Positions 1-10,074 of a stretch of 64,000 nt of DNA are shown one piece after another. The DNA comes from an uncultured Actinomycetota bacterium. GTDB lineage: Bacteria > Actinomycetota > Actinomycetes > Propionibacteriales > Nocardioidaceae. The stretch lies in assembly GCA_963763225.1 (NCBI GenBank), contig CAVXNT010000007.1, positions 50,982 to 114,981 on the forward strand, in the 5' to 3' direction. Made by a program: the position numbers and the translations under genes. Under the pieces are notes generated by a model. The model searched no databases and had not been told where the DNA came from. It saw only the letters and a list, made by a program, of their open reading frames with translations. The stretch's first letter is position 1, and the number at the start of each line of letters is the position of its first letter.

Positions 1-2
1 TG

Positions 3-404
3 CTGGCGTTCCTGACCGGCGCGGTGCTGGCGACCCTGTGCGGGACGGTGTACGTGATCGTGGTCGGCGGCGCGAACGCCGGGGTGACCACGGCGGACTT
101 CACCCTGACCCTGCTGGTCATGGTGGTGCTGGGCGGCTCGGGCGTGCGATGGGGCGCCATGCTCGGCGGGTTCGCCTATGCGCTGCTCGACCAGCGGCTG
201 GGCAGCCTGGCCGACACGGGCGCGATCTCGTCGCTGCCGCCGGTGCTGCAGGTGCCGCTGTCGCAGCCGCTCTTCCTGCTCGGGACGCTCTTCGTCGTCG
301 TCGTGATGTTCCTGCCGCGGCGGGCTGGCCTCGCTGGCCGAGCTCGGTGGGCGCGGACGCGGCGCCGGTGCAGAGACCTCCACCCCTCCCGCGCAGGACG
401 GTGA
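3..404 (+). CDS. Branched-chain amino acid-type ABC transporter permease (LivM-like), 3' part; starts before the window
   Basis: Hydrophobic helices with MVVLGGSG..WGAMLG and LGTLFVVVVMFLP motifs; the 3' end is probably frameshifted. Confidence 0.8.
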   Translation: MAFLTGAVLATLCGTVYVIVVGGANAGVTTADFTLTLLVMVVLGGSGVRWGAMLGGFAYALLDQRLGSLADTGAISSLPPVLQVPLSQPLFLLGTLFVVVVMFLPRRAGLAGRARWARTRRRCRDLHPSRAGR

Positions 405-423
405 GGCGGTGTGATGGTCACCA

Positions 424-1888
424 TGAGCTCGACCCTCCTGGTGCCCGCGGGCGCGCCCGACGCCCGCGCTGCCACCGACGGTACGACGGACGTCGGTTAC
501 GCGGAGCTGTCCGAACGCGTCGCCGGTCTCGCCGACCGCCTGGTCGCCTCCGGCCTGGACCGCGGGGCCAGGATCGCCACCCTCGCGCAGAACAGCCTCG
601 ACCAGGTCGTCCTGTTCTACGCGTGCGCGCGGGCCGGGCTGACGCTGGTGCCGCTGTCCTGGCGCGCCACCCCGACGGAGCTGGCGGTGATGCTGTCCGA
701 CGCCGAGCCGGTGCTGCTGGCGACGGATGCCGACCACCAGGATCTGGCCGCCCGTGCGTGCCGCGCTGCTGGAGCGGCCGCCCGCTCCGGTGCTGCTCGG
801 CCGCGACGGGATCGAGCGCCGAGGTGCCGACCGGGCCGCGCACGACGGAGCCGGCCGGTGCGCCGGAGACCCGCGGTGCTGCTGATCTACACGTCCGGGA
901 GCAGCGGTCGCCCCAAGGGCGTGCCGCTGAGCCAGGCGAACTGCGCGGCCACCAACGCGGCGTTCGCCGACGCGCTTCCCGCTCGACCGCCGGAGGACAC
1001 GGTGCTGCTGGTGCTGCCGCAGTTCCACGTCGCGGCCTGGAACGTGCAGCCGCTGCTCGCCTGGAGCGTCGGCGCGCGCGGCGTGGTCGTCTCCCGCTTC
1101 GACGCCGGCCGTCGTGCTCGACATCCTCGAGCGCGAGCGGGTCACCGCGATGATGGGCGTCCCGACCACCTACCGGATGCTCGCGGCCGAGCCCGGCTTC
1201 GCCGAGCCGCGACCTGTCTCGGCACTGCGCTGCGCGGTCGTCGGCGGCGCACCGGTCGACGAGCGACCTGGGCGTGGCCTGGCGGTGCCACGGCGTCCGG
1301 CTGTGGGCCGGCTACGGGCTCACCGAGGCCGGTCCGAACGTGCTCTGCGAGCCGCCGTCGGCGGCCCGGCCCACCGGCTGGCTGGAGCCGTACCCCGGCG
1401 TCTCGGTGCGACTGGACGACGCCGGTCAGCTGCTGGTGCGCTCACCGGGGGTGTTCGCGGGCTACTGGCGCGACCCGGCGGCGACCGAACGCGCGCTTCG
1501 TCGACGGCTGGCTGGCGACCGGTGACTTCGCCGAGGAGCGCGACGGCCGGTTCCGGCTCCGCGGCCGGGTCAGCGAGAAGTACATCAGCGGGGGCGAGAA
1601 CGTCCATCCCGCCGAGGTCGAGCACGCGCTGCGCCGGGTCGCCGGGGTCGCCGAGGCCGCCGTCGTCGGCGTGCCGGACGAGCGCTGGGGCGAGGCCGGA
1701 CTGGCGTTCGTCGTACCGGAGGCCGGGTGCGAGCTGGAGCCGGAACAGGTCCGCCGGGAGCTGCGCGAGCACCTGGCCGGGTTCAAGGTGCCCCGACAGG
1801 TCGTGGTCGTGCGCCGCGCTGCCCGCAGACGGGCACCGGGAAGATCGACAAGCGCTCGCTGCGCGCGCAGGCGAAGGAGGGGCGATGA
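424..1888 (+). CDS. AMP-binding acyl-CoA synthetase (frameshifted in this sequence)
   Basis: YTSGSSGRPKG, GYGLTE, GWLATGD and ISGGENVHPAEVE motifs spread over several frames; TGA at 1886-1888 overlaps the next ATG. Confidence 0.85.
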
Positions 1889-2581
1889 GTGACGACTCCA
1901 CCGGGTCGATGACGTCTGCGTCATCTGGGTCATCGGCGCCATCCGCGCCCTCGGCGAAGCCCGAGAAGCCCGCGCCGCGCACCGACAAGGGCACCCAGAC
2001 CCGGCGTCGGCTGCCTCGAGGCGGCCGAGAAGGTGTTCGCCGAGCGCGGCTACCACGACGCCTCGATCGTGAAGATCGCCGAGGCGGCCGGCGTCGCCGG
2101 TGGCACGTTCTACATCTACTTCAAGACCAAGCAGGACATCTTCGACGAGCTCGTCATCGACCTCAACCACCGGGTCCGGCAGGCGATGGCCGAGGCCAGC
2201 TCGCAGGGCACCAGCCGGTCGGACGCCGAACGCCGCGGCTTCGAGGCGTTCTTCCGGTTCACCGGCGAGCACCCGGCGCTCTACCGGATCATCCGGCAGG
2301 CGGAGTTCGTCTCGCCGCACACCCTGCGGCTGCACTACGAGCGGATCGTCGAGGGGTACGTCGAGGGCCTCGACCGGGCCAAGGAGGCCGGCGAGATCGC
2401 CGAGCTGGACAGCGACGTGGTCGCGTGGGCGCTGATGGGCGCCGGCGAGCTGATCGGGATGCGCTACGTGCTCTGGGACGACCAGCGCCAGATCCCGGAG
2501 CACGTCTTCGAGGAGGCCATGCGCTTCGTGCGCCGCGGCCTCGGGGCGACCGAGAACCCGATCGACGAGAGGGAGAGATCA
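1885..2581 (+). CDS. TetR/AcrR family transcriptional regulator (frameshift near 2015; end approximate)
   Basis: HTH segment FAERGYHDASIVKIAEAAGVAGGTFYIYFKTKQDIF; GGAGG RBS before ATG 1885. Confidence 0.85.
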
Positions 2582-3388
2582 CCGACATCGACACCGTCAG
2601 CGCCACCGGCCCGGGAGGACTCGGCAGCCCGGACCTCGACGGGCCGCCGCGCCCTGGTCACGGGGGCCGCGAGCGGGATCGGTCGCGCCTGCGCCGAGCG
2701 GCTGGCCGGCGGCCGGGGCGACCGTCGTCGTCTGTGACATCGACGAGGTCGCTGCGACATCGCTCGCCGAGGACCTCGGTGGCGAGCACTGGGTGGTCGA
2801 CCTGGCCGACCTCGACGCGCTCGACCGATCACTCGAGTCCGGCCGGCTGGACGTCGACGTGCTGGTCAACAACGCCGGCGTCCAGCACGTCGCGACCGTC
2901 GAGGAGTTCCCGCCCGACCGGTTCGACACGATCATCCGGCTGATGCTGCAGGCCCCGTTCCGGCTGGTCCGCGCCGCGCTGCCCGTCATGTACGCCCGCG
3001 GTTGGGGCCGGGTGGTGAACATCTCCTCCGCGCACGGCCTGGCGGCGTCGCCGTACAAGTCGGCCTACGTGTCGGCCAAGCACGGCCTGGAGGGCCTGTC
3101 GAAGGTGATCGCCCTCGAGGCCGGCGACAAGGGCGTCACGTCGAACTGCATCAACCCCGGCTACGTGCGCACGCCCGCTGGTCGAGAAGCAGATCGCCGA
3201 CCAGGCGCGCACGCACGGCATCTCCGAGGACGAGGTGGTCGAGAAGGTGATGCTGGAGCTGCCGTCGGTCAAGCGGCTGGTGGAGCCGGCAGGAGGTGGC
3301 CGAGATGGTCGCGTTCGTCTGCTCCCCGGCATCGGCCAGCATCAACGGCGCGTCGTTGACCATCGACGGCGGCTGGAGGGCTCGATGA
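2578..3388 (+). CDS. 3-hydroxybutyrate dehydrogenase (SDR), frameshifted; start approximate
   Basis: [37 protein letters not shown] and [10 protein letters not shown] are characteristic HBDH motifs. Confidence 0.85.
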
Positions 3389-4293
3389 GTCACCGCTACG
3401 ACACGTTCGACGTCGCCGTTGAGGGCGGGGACCTGCGGGTCGGCCGGTGGTCCGTCGACGGTACGCCGGCCGCCGATGGACCGCCCGTGCTGGCGGCCCA
3501 CGGCGTGACGGCCAACCACCTCGCCTGGGCCGGCGTCGCCGGCCGGTCCGACCGGAGTTCCTGGCGCCCGACCTCCGGGGGCGCGGCCGGAGCTCGGCGC
3601 TGAGCCGGTCCGGTCGGGATGGCGGCCCACGCGGCCGACCTGGTCGCCGTGCTGGACCACCTAGGAGGTCGAGCGGGCGATGGTCGTCGGACACTCGATG
3701 GGCGGGTTCGTGGCGACCGCGTTCCACGACGCAGCATCCCGACCGGGTGGCGGCGGTGCTGCTCGTCGACGGCGGGCTTCCCGCTCCCGCCCGTCCCGGA
3801 CGGGATGACCGCCGACGAGGCGATCGCCGCGACCATCGGCCCGGCGGCCGAGCGGCTGGCGATGACGTTCCCCGACGTCGAGCGCATACCTCGACTTCTG
3901 GCGCCGGCACCCGGCGCTCGGGCCGCAGCTGGTCGAGCGGAGGTGGAGTCCTACTTCGCCTACGACCTCGTCGGCGAGCCGCCGCAGTGCCGGTCGTCGG
4001 TGTCACTGCCGGCTGTGCGCGAGGACTCGCGTCGACCTGGTGGACGGGGATCGGTCGGTCGCACGGGTCGCCGCGCTGCCGAGCCGGCACGGTCTTCCTG
4101 CGCGCCGGCCACGGGATGCTGGGCGAGCCCGGCGGCCTCTACCCGGCCGACCTGATGGCTGCAGCACGCCCGTCGTTCCCGCACCTGGACGTCCGCGACG
4201 TCCCCGACGTCAACCACTACACGCTCGTGATGGGTCCGGTGAGCGCGCCGTGTCGGAGGTCGTCGCCGAGATGGGCGCGGCGGGCCACGGTGA
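3385..4293 (+). CDS. Alpha/beta hydrolase, frameshifted
   Basis: HGVTANH, PDLRGRG, GHSMG nucleophile elbow, VDGG and DVNHYT across frames. Confidence 0.75.
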
Positions 4294-5399
4294 CCCACAG
4301 CCCGGGAGACCTCACCACCCGCCTGGTCGCGGATCGCCGACCCCGCAGCGAGCCGACACCCTGGTCCGCCACGACGGCCGCACCGCCGGCGAGCCGGTCG
4401 TGCTCGTGCACGGGAACATCTCCTCCTCCGTCTTCTGGGACGAGATGCTGCTGGGCCTGCCGCCGGCGTACCGCGGGCTGGCCCCGGACCTGCGCGGCTT
4501 CGGCGGCACCGAGGCGCTGCCGGTCGACGCCACCCGCGGCGTGCGGGACTTCGCCGACGACCTGCACGCTGCTCCTGACCGCGCTCGACGTGGATCACTG
4601 CCACCTGGTCGGCTGGAGCCTCGGCGGGGGCGTGGTGATGCAGTACCTCCTCGACCACGCCGAGCACGTGGCGAGCCTCGCCCTGGTCAACCCGGTGTCG
4701 CCGTACGGGTACGGCGGCACCCGCGACGTCGACGGCGCGCTGATCGCTCGGGACGGCCGTGGCTCGGGCGGCGGCACGGCGAACCCGGACTTCGTCCGGC
4801 GCCTGGCCGAGGGCGACACCGGCGACGGACCCCGCCTCGCCGCGCGCGGTGATGAACGCGCTGTACTTCGCGACGCCCCCGACGCTCAGCGACGGACCGC
4901 GAGGAGCAGCTGGTGGCCTCGATGCTCACCACCCGGACCGGCGACGACTTCTACCCCGGCGACAGCTCCCCGCTCCGCGACTGGCCGTTCATCGTCCCGG
5001 GGCCGCGGGGTGCTCAACACCCTGGCGCCCGACGAACTTCGACACCAGCGGCATCGCCGACGTCGAGCCCGCGACCGCCGGTGCTGTGGGTGCGCGGCGC
5101 GGCCGACCAGATCGTCTCGGACAACGCCGCGCTCGACCTGGCGGTACTGGGCCGGGCCGGCGCGATCCCGGGCTGGCCCGGCGAGGACGAGTTCCCGCGC
5201 CCAGCCGATGGTGCGCCAGACCAGGGCGGTGCTGGAGCGCTACCGCGCGGCGGGGGGAGAGGCCACCGAGGTGGTCCTCGACGGCGTGGGCCACTCGCCG
5301 CACCTGGAGCGCCCCGAGGAGTTCCGTCGGGTCCTGCTCGACTTCCTCTCCTCGGCGCCCCTGGCGCCCACGCGAGTCCCGGAGCTGGGTACGACCTGA
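4290..5399 (+). CDS. Alpha/beta hydrolase, frameshifted
   Basis: VHGNISSS, PDLRGFG, GWSLGGG and GHSPHLE motifs. Confidence 0.8.
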   Translation: MTHSPGDLTTRLVADRRPRSEPTPWSATTAAPPASRSCSCTGTSPPPSSGTRCCWACRRRTAGWPRTCAASAAPRRCRSTPPAACGTSPTTCTLLLTALDVDHCHLVGWSLGGGVVMQYLLDHAEHVASLALVNPVSPYGYGGTRDVDGALIARDGRGSGGGTANPDFVRRLAEGDTGDGPRLAARGDERAVLRDAPDAQRRTARSSWWPRCSPPGPATTSTPATAPRSATGRSSSRGRGVLNTLAPDELRHQRHRRRRARDRRCCGCAARPTRSSRTTPRSTWRYWAGPARSRAGPARTSSRAQPMVRQTRAVLERYRAAGGEATEVVLDGVGHSPHLERPEEFRRVLLDFLSSAPLAPTRVPELGTT

Positions 5400-5495
5400 C
5401 TGGGGGTGGCTCTTGCGCCCGTGCCGGCAGCGCCACCGCACGACTCGCGGCATGATCGGGCGAGCGCAGCCGCCCTCAACGCGGCATGTCCGCGC

Positions 5496-5514
5496 GATAC
5501 CACTTTGGTATCAT
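5496..5514 (+). promoter_or_regulatory. Palindromic operator GATACCA-ctt-TGGTATC overlapping -10 TATCAT of the toxin-antitoxin operon
   Basis: 7-bp inverted repeat read directly; TATCAT (5509-5514) lies 7 nt before ATG 5522, suggesting a leaderless transcript. Confidence 0.65.
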
Positions 5515-5521
5515 CGGGGCC

Positions 5522-5725
5522 ATGGCGATGACGCTGAGATTGACGCCAGAGGACGAGCAGATTCTCGCTTCCCTCGCGGAGGCCGAAGGGGTGAGCCGTC
5601 ACGAGGCCACCCTGCGTGCCATTCGCGAGGTGGCGGCGCGCCGTGGACACGAAGCGAAGGTCGCCGAGCTGTCTGCTCGGGCACGTGAACGCTACGCCGA
5701 CGTGCTCGACCGGCTCGGCCGTTGA
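5522..5725 (+). CDS. Ribbon-helix-helix (CopG-like) antitoxin
   Basis: MAMTLRLTPEDEQILASLAEAEGVSRHEA beta-strand plus helices; 4-bp overlap with the Doc-like gene. Confidence 0.8.
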   Translation: MAMTLRLTPEDEQILASLAEAEGVSRHEATLRAIREVAARRGHEAKVAELSARARERYADVLDRLGR

Positions 5726-6084
5726 CGGTCCTGCTCACCGTTGAGGATCTCCTCGCTCTCGTGGAGGACCTTGGCGTAGGACCGGTCCGTGACCTCGGGC
5801 TGCTCGAGTCGGCGTCCCATCGCCCGGGTGCCGTTGTGTACGGGCGCGAGGCGTACTCGGGCCTGGACCGCAAGGCGGCGGCGCTGCTCGATTCGATCGT
5901 CGGTAACCATCCGCTCGTCGACGGCAACAAGCGTCTCGGATGGTTGGCCGTCGCGGTCCTCTACGGCCTCAACGACGTCGACCTCGACGCGCCGGATGAC
6001 CCGGCATACGACCTGGTGATGTCCGTGGCCCGGCGGGAGGCCCCGATCGACGAGATCGCAGCAGCGCTTGCTTGCTGGCATTGA
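5722..6084 (+). CDS. Fic/Doc family (death-on-curing) toxin
   Basis: HPLVDGNKR Doc-type Fic motif and RDLGLLESASHRP. Confidence 0.85.
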   Translation: MTVLLTVEDLLALVEDLGVGPVRDLGLLESASHRPGAVVYGREAYSGLDRKAAALLDSIVGNHPLVDGNKRLGWLAVAVLYGLNDVDLDAPDDPAYDLVMSVARREAPIDEIAAALACWH

Positions 6085-6115
6085 CCCGGACAGCGGCAGA
6101 TCCGGATGTTCTTCG

Positions 6116-6191
6116 CGGCGCGGCCTCGGGATGTCATACGGACAGAGCAAGGGGTGACACCGTCCGCATGACGTCCTGGGGTGGGCAGATC
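6116..6191. repeat. REP-like palindromic intergenic repeat, empty copy of the IS110 target repeat
   Basis: Aligns without gaps to 21061-21117 joined to 22540-22558, 65 of 76 identical by manual alignment. Confidence 0.85.
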
Positions 6192-6315
6192 CGGTAGACG
6201 CGGCAGTCCTGGGGTCGAACGACCAAGACGGACACGCCCAGTGAGATCCTGAACCCATGGCGACAGCGCGTGACGACAGGTCCGGCACGGCCTCGCGGCG
6301 GAAGCTGCCGACCTC

Positions 6316-6936
6316 GTGAGCACCCGGTGGCGCGCGATCGCCCGGGACGGGGCGGGCGACGACTACGCGGCGGCGTACGCCGCGCGGTTCCGGGCGCTCG
6401 CCGAGCGCGGCGACGACGTGCACGGCGAGGCCGGACTGGTCACCGCTCTCCGCCCGGCGCCCGCGCGGGTGCTCGACGCGGGCTGCGGGACCGGCCGGGT
6501 CGCCGTCCGTCTGCACGAGCTCGGGTACGACGTGACCGGGGTCGACGTCGACGAGTCGATGCTCGCCCAGGCCCGTGCTGCTGCACCGGCCCTCGACTGG
6601 CGGCACGCCGACCTCGCGGCGCTGGACCTGGGTGCGTCGTACGACGTCGTGGTGGTCGCCGGCAACACGCTGCCGCTGCTCGACGACGGTGACCTCGCCC
6701 CGGCGTGTGCCCGGCTCGCGGCCCACACCGCACCCGGCGGGATGCTCGTCACCGGGTTCGGGCTCGACGCCGACCACCTGCCCGGCGACTGCCCGGTCAC
6801 GCCGCTGGCCGACGTGGACGCCGCGATGGCGGCGGCCGGCCTGGCGCCGGCCGACCGCTGGGGCACCTGGACGGCCGATCCCTTCGACCCCGCGGCCGGC
6901 TACGTGGTCGCGACGTACGGCCGGCCGGCGACGTGA
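6316..6936 (+). CDS. Class I SAM-dependent methyltransferase
   Basis: VLDAGCGTG motif I and GVDVD. Confidence 0.85.
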   Translation: MSTRWRAIARDGAGDDYAAAYAARFRALAERGDDVHGEAGLVTALRPAPARVLDAGCGTGRVAVRLHELGYDVTGVDVDESMLAQARAAAPALDWRHADLAALDLGASYDVVVVAGNTLPLLDDGDLAPACARLAAHTAPGGMLVTGFGLDADHLPGDCPVTPLADVDAAMAAAGLAPADRWGTWTADPFDPAAGYVVATYGRPAT

Positions 6937-7619
6937 GGGTCGTCGTGCTGACCGGAGCGGGGATCTCCGCGGAGAGCGGCGTCCCGACGTTCCGCGACGC
7001 CGACGGGCTGTGGCACGGCCACCGCGTCGAGGAGGTCGCCACCCCGGAGGCCTTCGACCTCGCGCCGTCGCTCGTGCACCGCTTCTACGACGACCGCCGC
7101 GCGGCGCTGGCGCACGTCGAGCCGAACCCGGCCCACCGCGCGCTGGCGCGGCTCGAGGAGCACCTCGGCGACGACCTCCTCGTGGTCACCCAGAACATCG
7201 ACGACCTCCACGAGCGCGGCGGCTCCACGCGGGTCCTGCACATGCACGGCGAGCTGCGGTCGGCGCTCTGCCGCGCGTGCGGCCGGCGCTCGCGGTGGGA
7301 ACAGACCCTCGGCCACGGCCCGGCGTGCCCCCACTGCGGCGCTCCTGAGCTGCGGCCCGACGTGGTGTGGTTCGGCGAGATCCCCTACGGCATGGACCGG
7401 ATCCAGGACGCCCTCGAGGCCGCCGACCTGTTCGTGTCGGTCGGTACGTCGGGCGCGGTCTACCCGGCCGCCGGCTTCGTACGGCTCGCGTCGCGCGCCG
7501 GCGCGCGGACACTCGAGCTCAACATGGAGCCCAGTGTGGGAACGCACCTGTTCGACGAGGCCCGGCACGGTCCGGCATCCGAGCTGGTGCCGGCCTGGGT
7601 GGAGGAGCTGGTGCGCTAG
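6933..7619 (+). CDS. cobB: NAD-dependent protein deacylase (class III sirtuin)
   Basis: LTGAGISAESGVPTFR, FYDDRR (YxxR), TQNIDDLHE, HMHG, two CxxC, RPDVVWFGE and GTSGAVYPA. Confidence 0.9.
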   Translation: MRVVVLTGAGISAESGVPTFRDADGLWHGHRVEEVATPEAFDLAPSLVHRFYDDRRAALAHVEPNPAHRALARLEEHLGDDLLVVTQNIDDLHERGGSTRVLHMHGELRSALCRACGRRSRWEQTLGHGPACPHCGAPELRPDVVWFGEIPYGMDRIQDALEAADLFVSVGTSGAVYPAAGFVRLASRAGARTLELNMEPSVGTHLFDEARHGPASELVPAWVEELVR

Positions 7620-7629
7620 CGTGCCGCCC

Positions 7630-8328
7630 ATGGCACGCATCGGACTGGCAGTGGCCGGCATCAGCGCGCTCGCGGTCCTGACTGCGTGCGGTGGCAACGG
7701 ATTCGCGGACGAGTCGGCGGACAAGATCGTCAAGACCGCGAAGGCGGACATGGGCGACCTCACGGCGGTCAAGGTCCAGGGCCAGATCACCTCCAGCGGC
7801 CAGCAGATCAGCCTCGACCTGCAGAACAGCTCGAACGGCGACTGCACCGGCACCATCGGCATCGGTGACGGCTCCACCCAGATGCTCGGCGTCGACGGCA
7901 AGACCTGGATGAAGCCGGATGCGAGCTTCTGGCAGTCGATGGTCGGCGACTCCGCGGACCAGGTGATGGCCGCGGTCGGCGACAAGTGGGTGATCATCCC
8001 CGACTCCGCCCAGTCCCTGTCGAGCTTCTGCAACACCACGGACCTGCTCGACAACATGCTCAAGGACAACAACGACGGCTCGACGTACGCCAAGAACGGC
8101 ACCGCCGAGGTCGACGGCGAGAAGGTCGTCAAGGTCGACGACAAGAGCCCCGACCAGGGCACGTCCACCGGTTACGTGCTCGTCGACGACCCGCACTACC
8201 TGGTCAAGCTCGAGAAGACCGACGGGGAGGACACCGGCACCGTGACGTTCTCCGGCTTCAACGAGAAGTTCGACGTGACCGCGCCCGCCGACGACGAGGT
8301 GTTCGACCTCAACAGCCTGAGCGGCTAG
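7630..8328 (+). CDS. Secreted lipoprotein (LppX/LolA-like fold suspected)
   Basis: Signal peptide with LTAC lipobox; S/T/D-rich beta-type mature region. Confidence 0.75.
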   Translation: MARIGLAVAGISALAVLTACGGNGFADESADKIVKTAKADMGDLTAVKVQGQITSSGQQISLDLQNSSNGDCTGTIGIGDGSTQMLGVDGKTWMKPDASFWQSMVGDSADQVMAAVGDKWVIIPDSAQSLSSFCNTTDLLDNMLKDNNDGSTYAKNGTAEVDGEKVVKVDDKSPDQGTSTGYVLVDDPHYLVKLEKTDGEDTGTVTFSGFNEKFDVTAPADDEVFDLNSLSG

Positions 8329-10074
8329 CCCACCAGCGCACCCGCGTGCGGCGGCAGCGACAGCGGGCCGCCGTCCGAGGTGGCGCCGGCGGCGGTGGTG
8401 AACAGCAGGTCGCCGCTCGCCTCGACGCGCGCCTCCGCGTCGCCGAAGTTCACGACCACCAGCAGGTCACCGCGGCGCATCGTGAAGACCCGCGTCTGCC
8501 TCGTCGGCCGCGCACGCGACGGACGCCGAAGGCGGGGTCGGTGAGCTCCGGCCGTTCCCGGCGCAGCCGGGCCAGCCGGCGGTAGACGTCGAGCAGTCCG
8601 GCGTGCCGGCCCGCCGGTCGCCTCGGACCAGTCGAGCTTCGAGCGGCGCGAACGTCTCCGGGTCCTGCGGGTCGGGCACGACGGCCGGGTCCCAGCCCAT
8701 CCGCTCGAACTCCGCGATCCGGCCCTCCGCGGTCGCCGTGCCGAGCTCGGGCTCGGGGTGGGAGGTGAAGAACTGGAACGGCGTGGACGCCGCCCACTCC
8801 TCGCCCATGAACAGCATCGGCGTGAACGGCCCGCACAGCGTCAGCAGCGCGGCGCAGGCCAGCTGGTCGTCGTCGAGCGCCTCGGTGAGCCGGTCGCCGC
8901 GGGCGCGGTTGCCGATCTGGTCGTGGTTCTGGCTGCAGACGACCAGCCGCCAGGTCGGCATCGCCCGCAGGTCGATGGGGAACCCGTGGTGGCGGCCGCG
9001 GAACGACGACCAGGTGCCGTCGTGGAAGAACCCGCGCTCGCACACCTTGGCCAGCGCCGACAGCGGCTCGAAGTCGGCGTAGTAGCCCGGTGGTCTCGCC
9101 GGTCAGCGCGACGTGCACGGCATGGTGGAAGTCGTCGCTCCACTGCGCGTCGAGCCCGTAGCCGCCGGCCTCCCGCGGCGGGACCAGCCGGGTGTCGTTG
9201 AGGTCGGACTCGGCGATCAGCGTCAGCGGCCGGCGCTGGTGCGCCGACAGCGCGGCCACCTCGACCGCCATCTCCTCCAGCAGGTGCTGGTGGCAGGCGT
9301 CGCTGAGCGCGTGCACGGCGTCGAGCCGCAGCGCCGTCGACGTGGTAGTCCGCCAGCCACATCCGCACGTTGTCGAGGATGTAGCGCCGCACCTCGTCCG
9401 AGCCCGGGCCGTCGAGGTTGAGGAGGTCGCCCCAGGTGTTGGCGCCCGTCCTTCAGGTACGGCCCGAACAGCGGCAGGTAGTTCCCCGACGGCCCGAGGT
9501 GGTTGTAGACGACGTCCTGGATCACGCCGAGCCCGGCGGCGTGGCAGCCGTCGACGAAGCGCTGGTAGGCCTCCGGGCCGCCGTACGCCTCGTGCACGGC
9601 GAACCAGCCGACCCCGTCGTACCCCCAGTTGTGGGTGCCGTTGAACGCGTTGACCGGCATCACCTCGACCAGGTCGACGCCGATCTCGCGCAGGTGGTCG
9701 AGCTTCTCCAGCGCCGCGTCGAAGGTGCCCTCGGGGGTGAACGTGCCGACGTGCAGCTCGTAGATCACCGAGCCGGCCAGCTGGCGGCCGGTCCAGGTCG
9801 CGTCGTTCCAGGTGTACGTCGTGGCGTCGTACGTCCGCGACAGCTCGTGCACCCCGCCGGGCTGGCGCCGGGAGCGCGGGTCCGGGCGGGGCGTGGGGTC
9901 GTCGTCGAGCAGGTAGCCGTAGTCGACCGGTCCCGCCGTGGGGTCCGGGACCGGCTCGGCGGGCGTCCACCAGCCGTCGGCGCCCCGGGTCATCTCGACG
10001 GTCTCGCCGGCGACGACCAGCCGGAGCCGCTCCGGCCGCGGCGCCCAGACGTCGAACGGTCCGCGGTGTGTCAT
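8325..10074 (-). CDS. treZ: Malto-oligosyltrehalose trehalohydrolase, frameshifted
   Basis: [48 protein letters not shown] and LFMGEEW. Confidence 0.92.

Noticed and set aside
6316-7619. Methyltransferase plus Sir2 as an anti-phage system
   Set aside because: The sirtuin is a canonical CobB with zinc site and YxxR, and the methyltransferase lacks DNA-methylase motifs.
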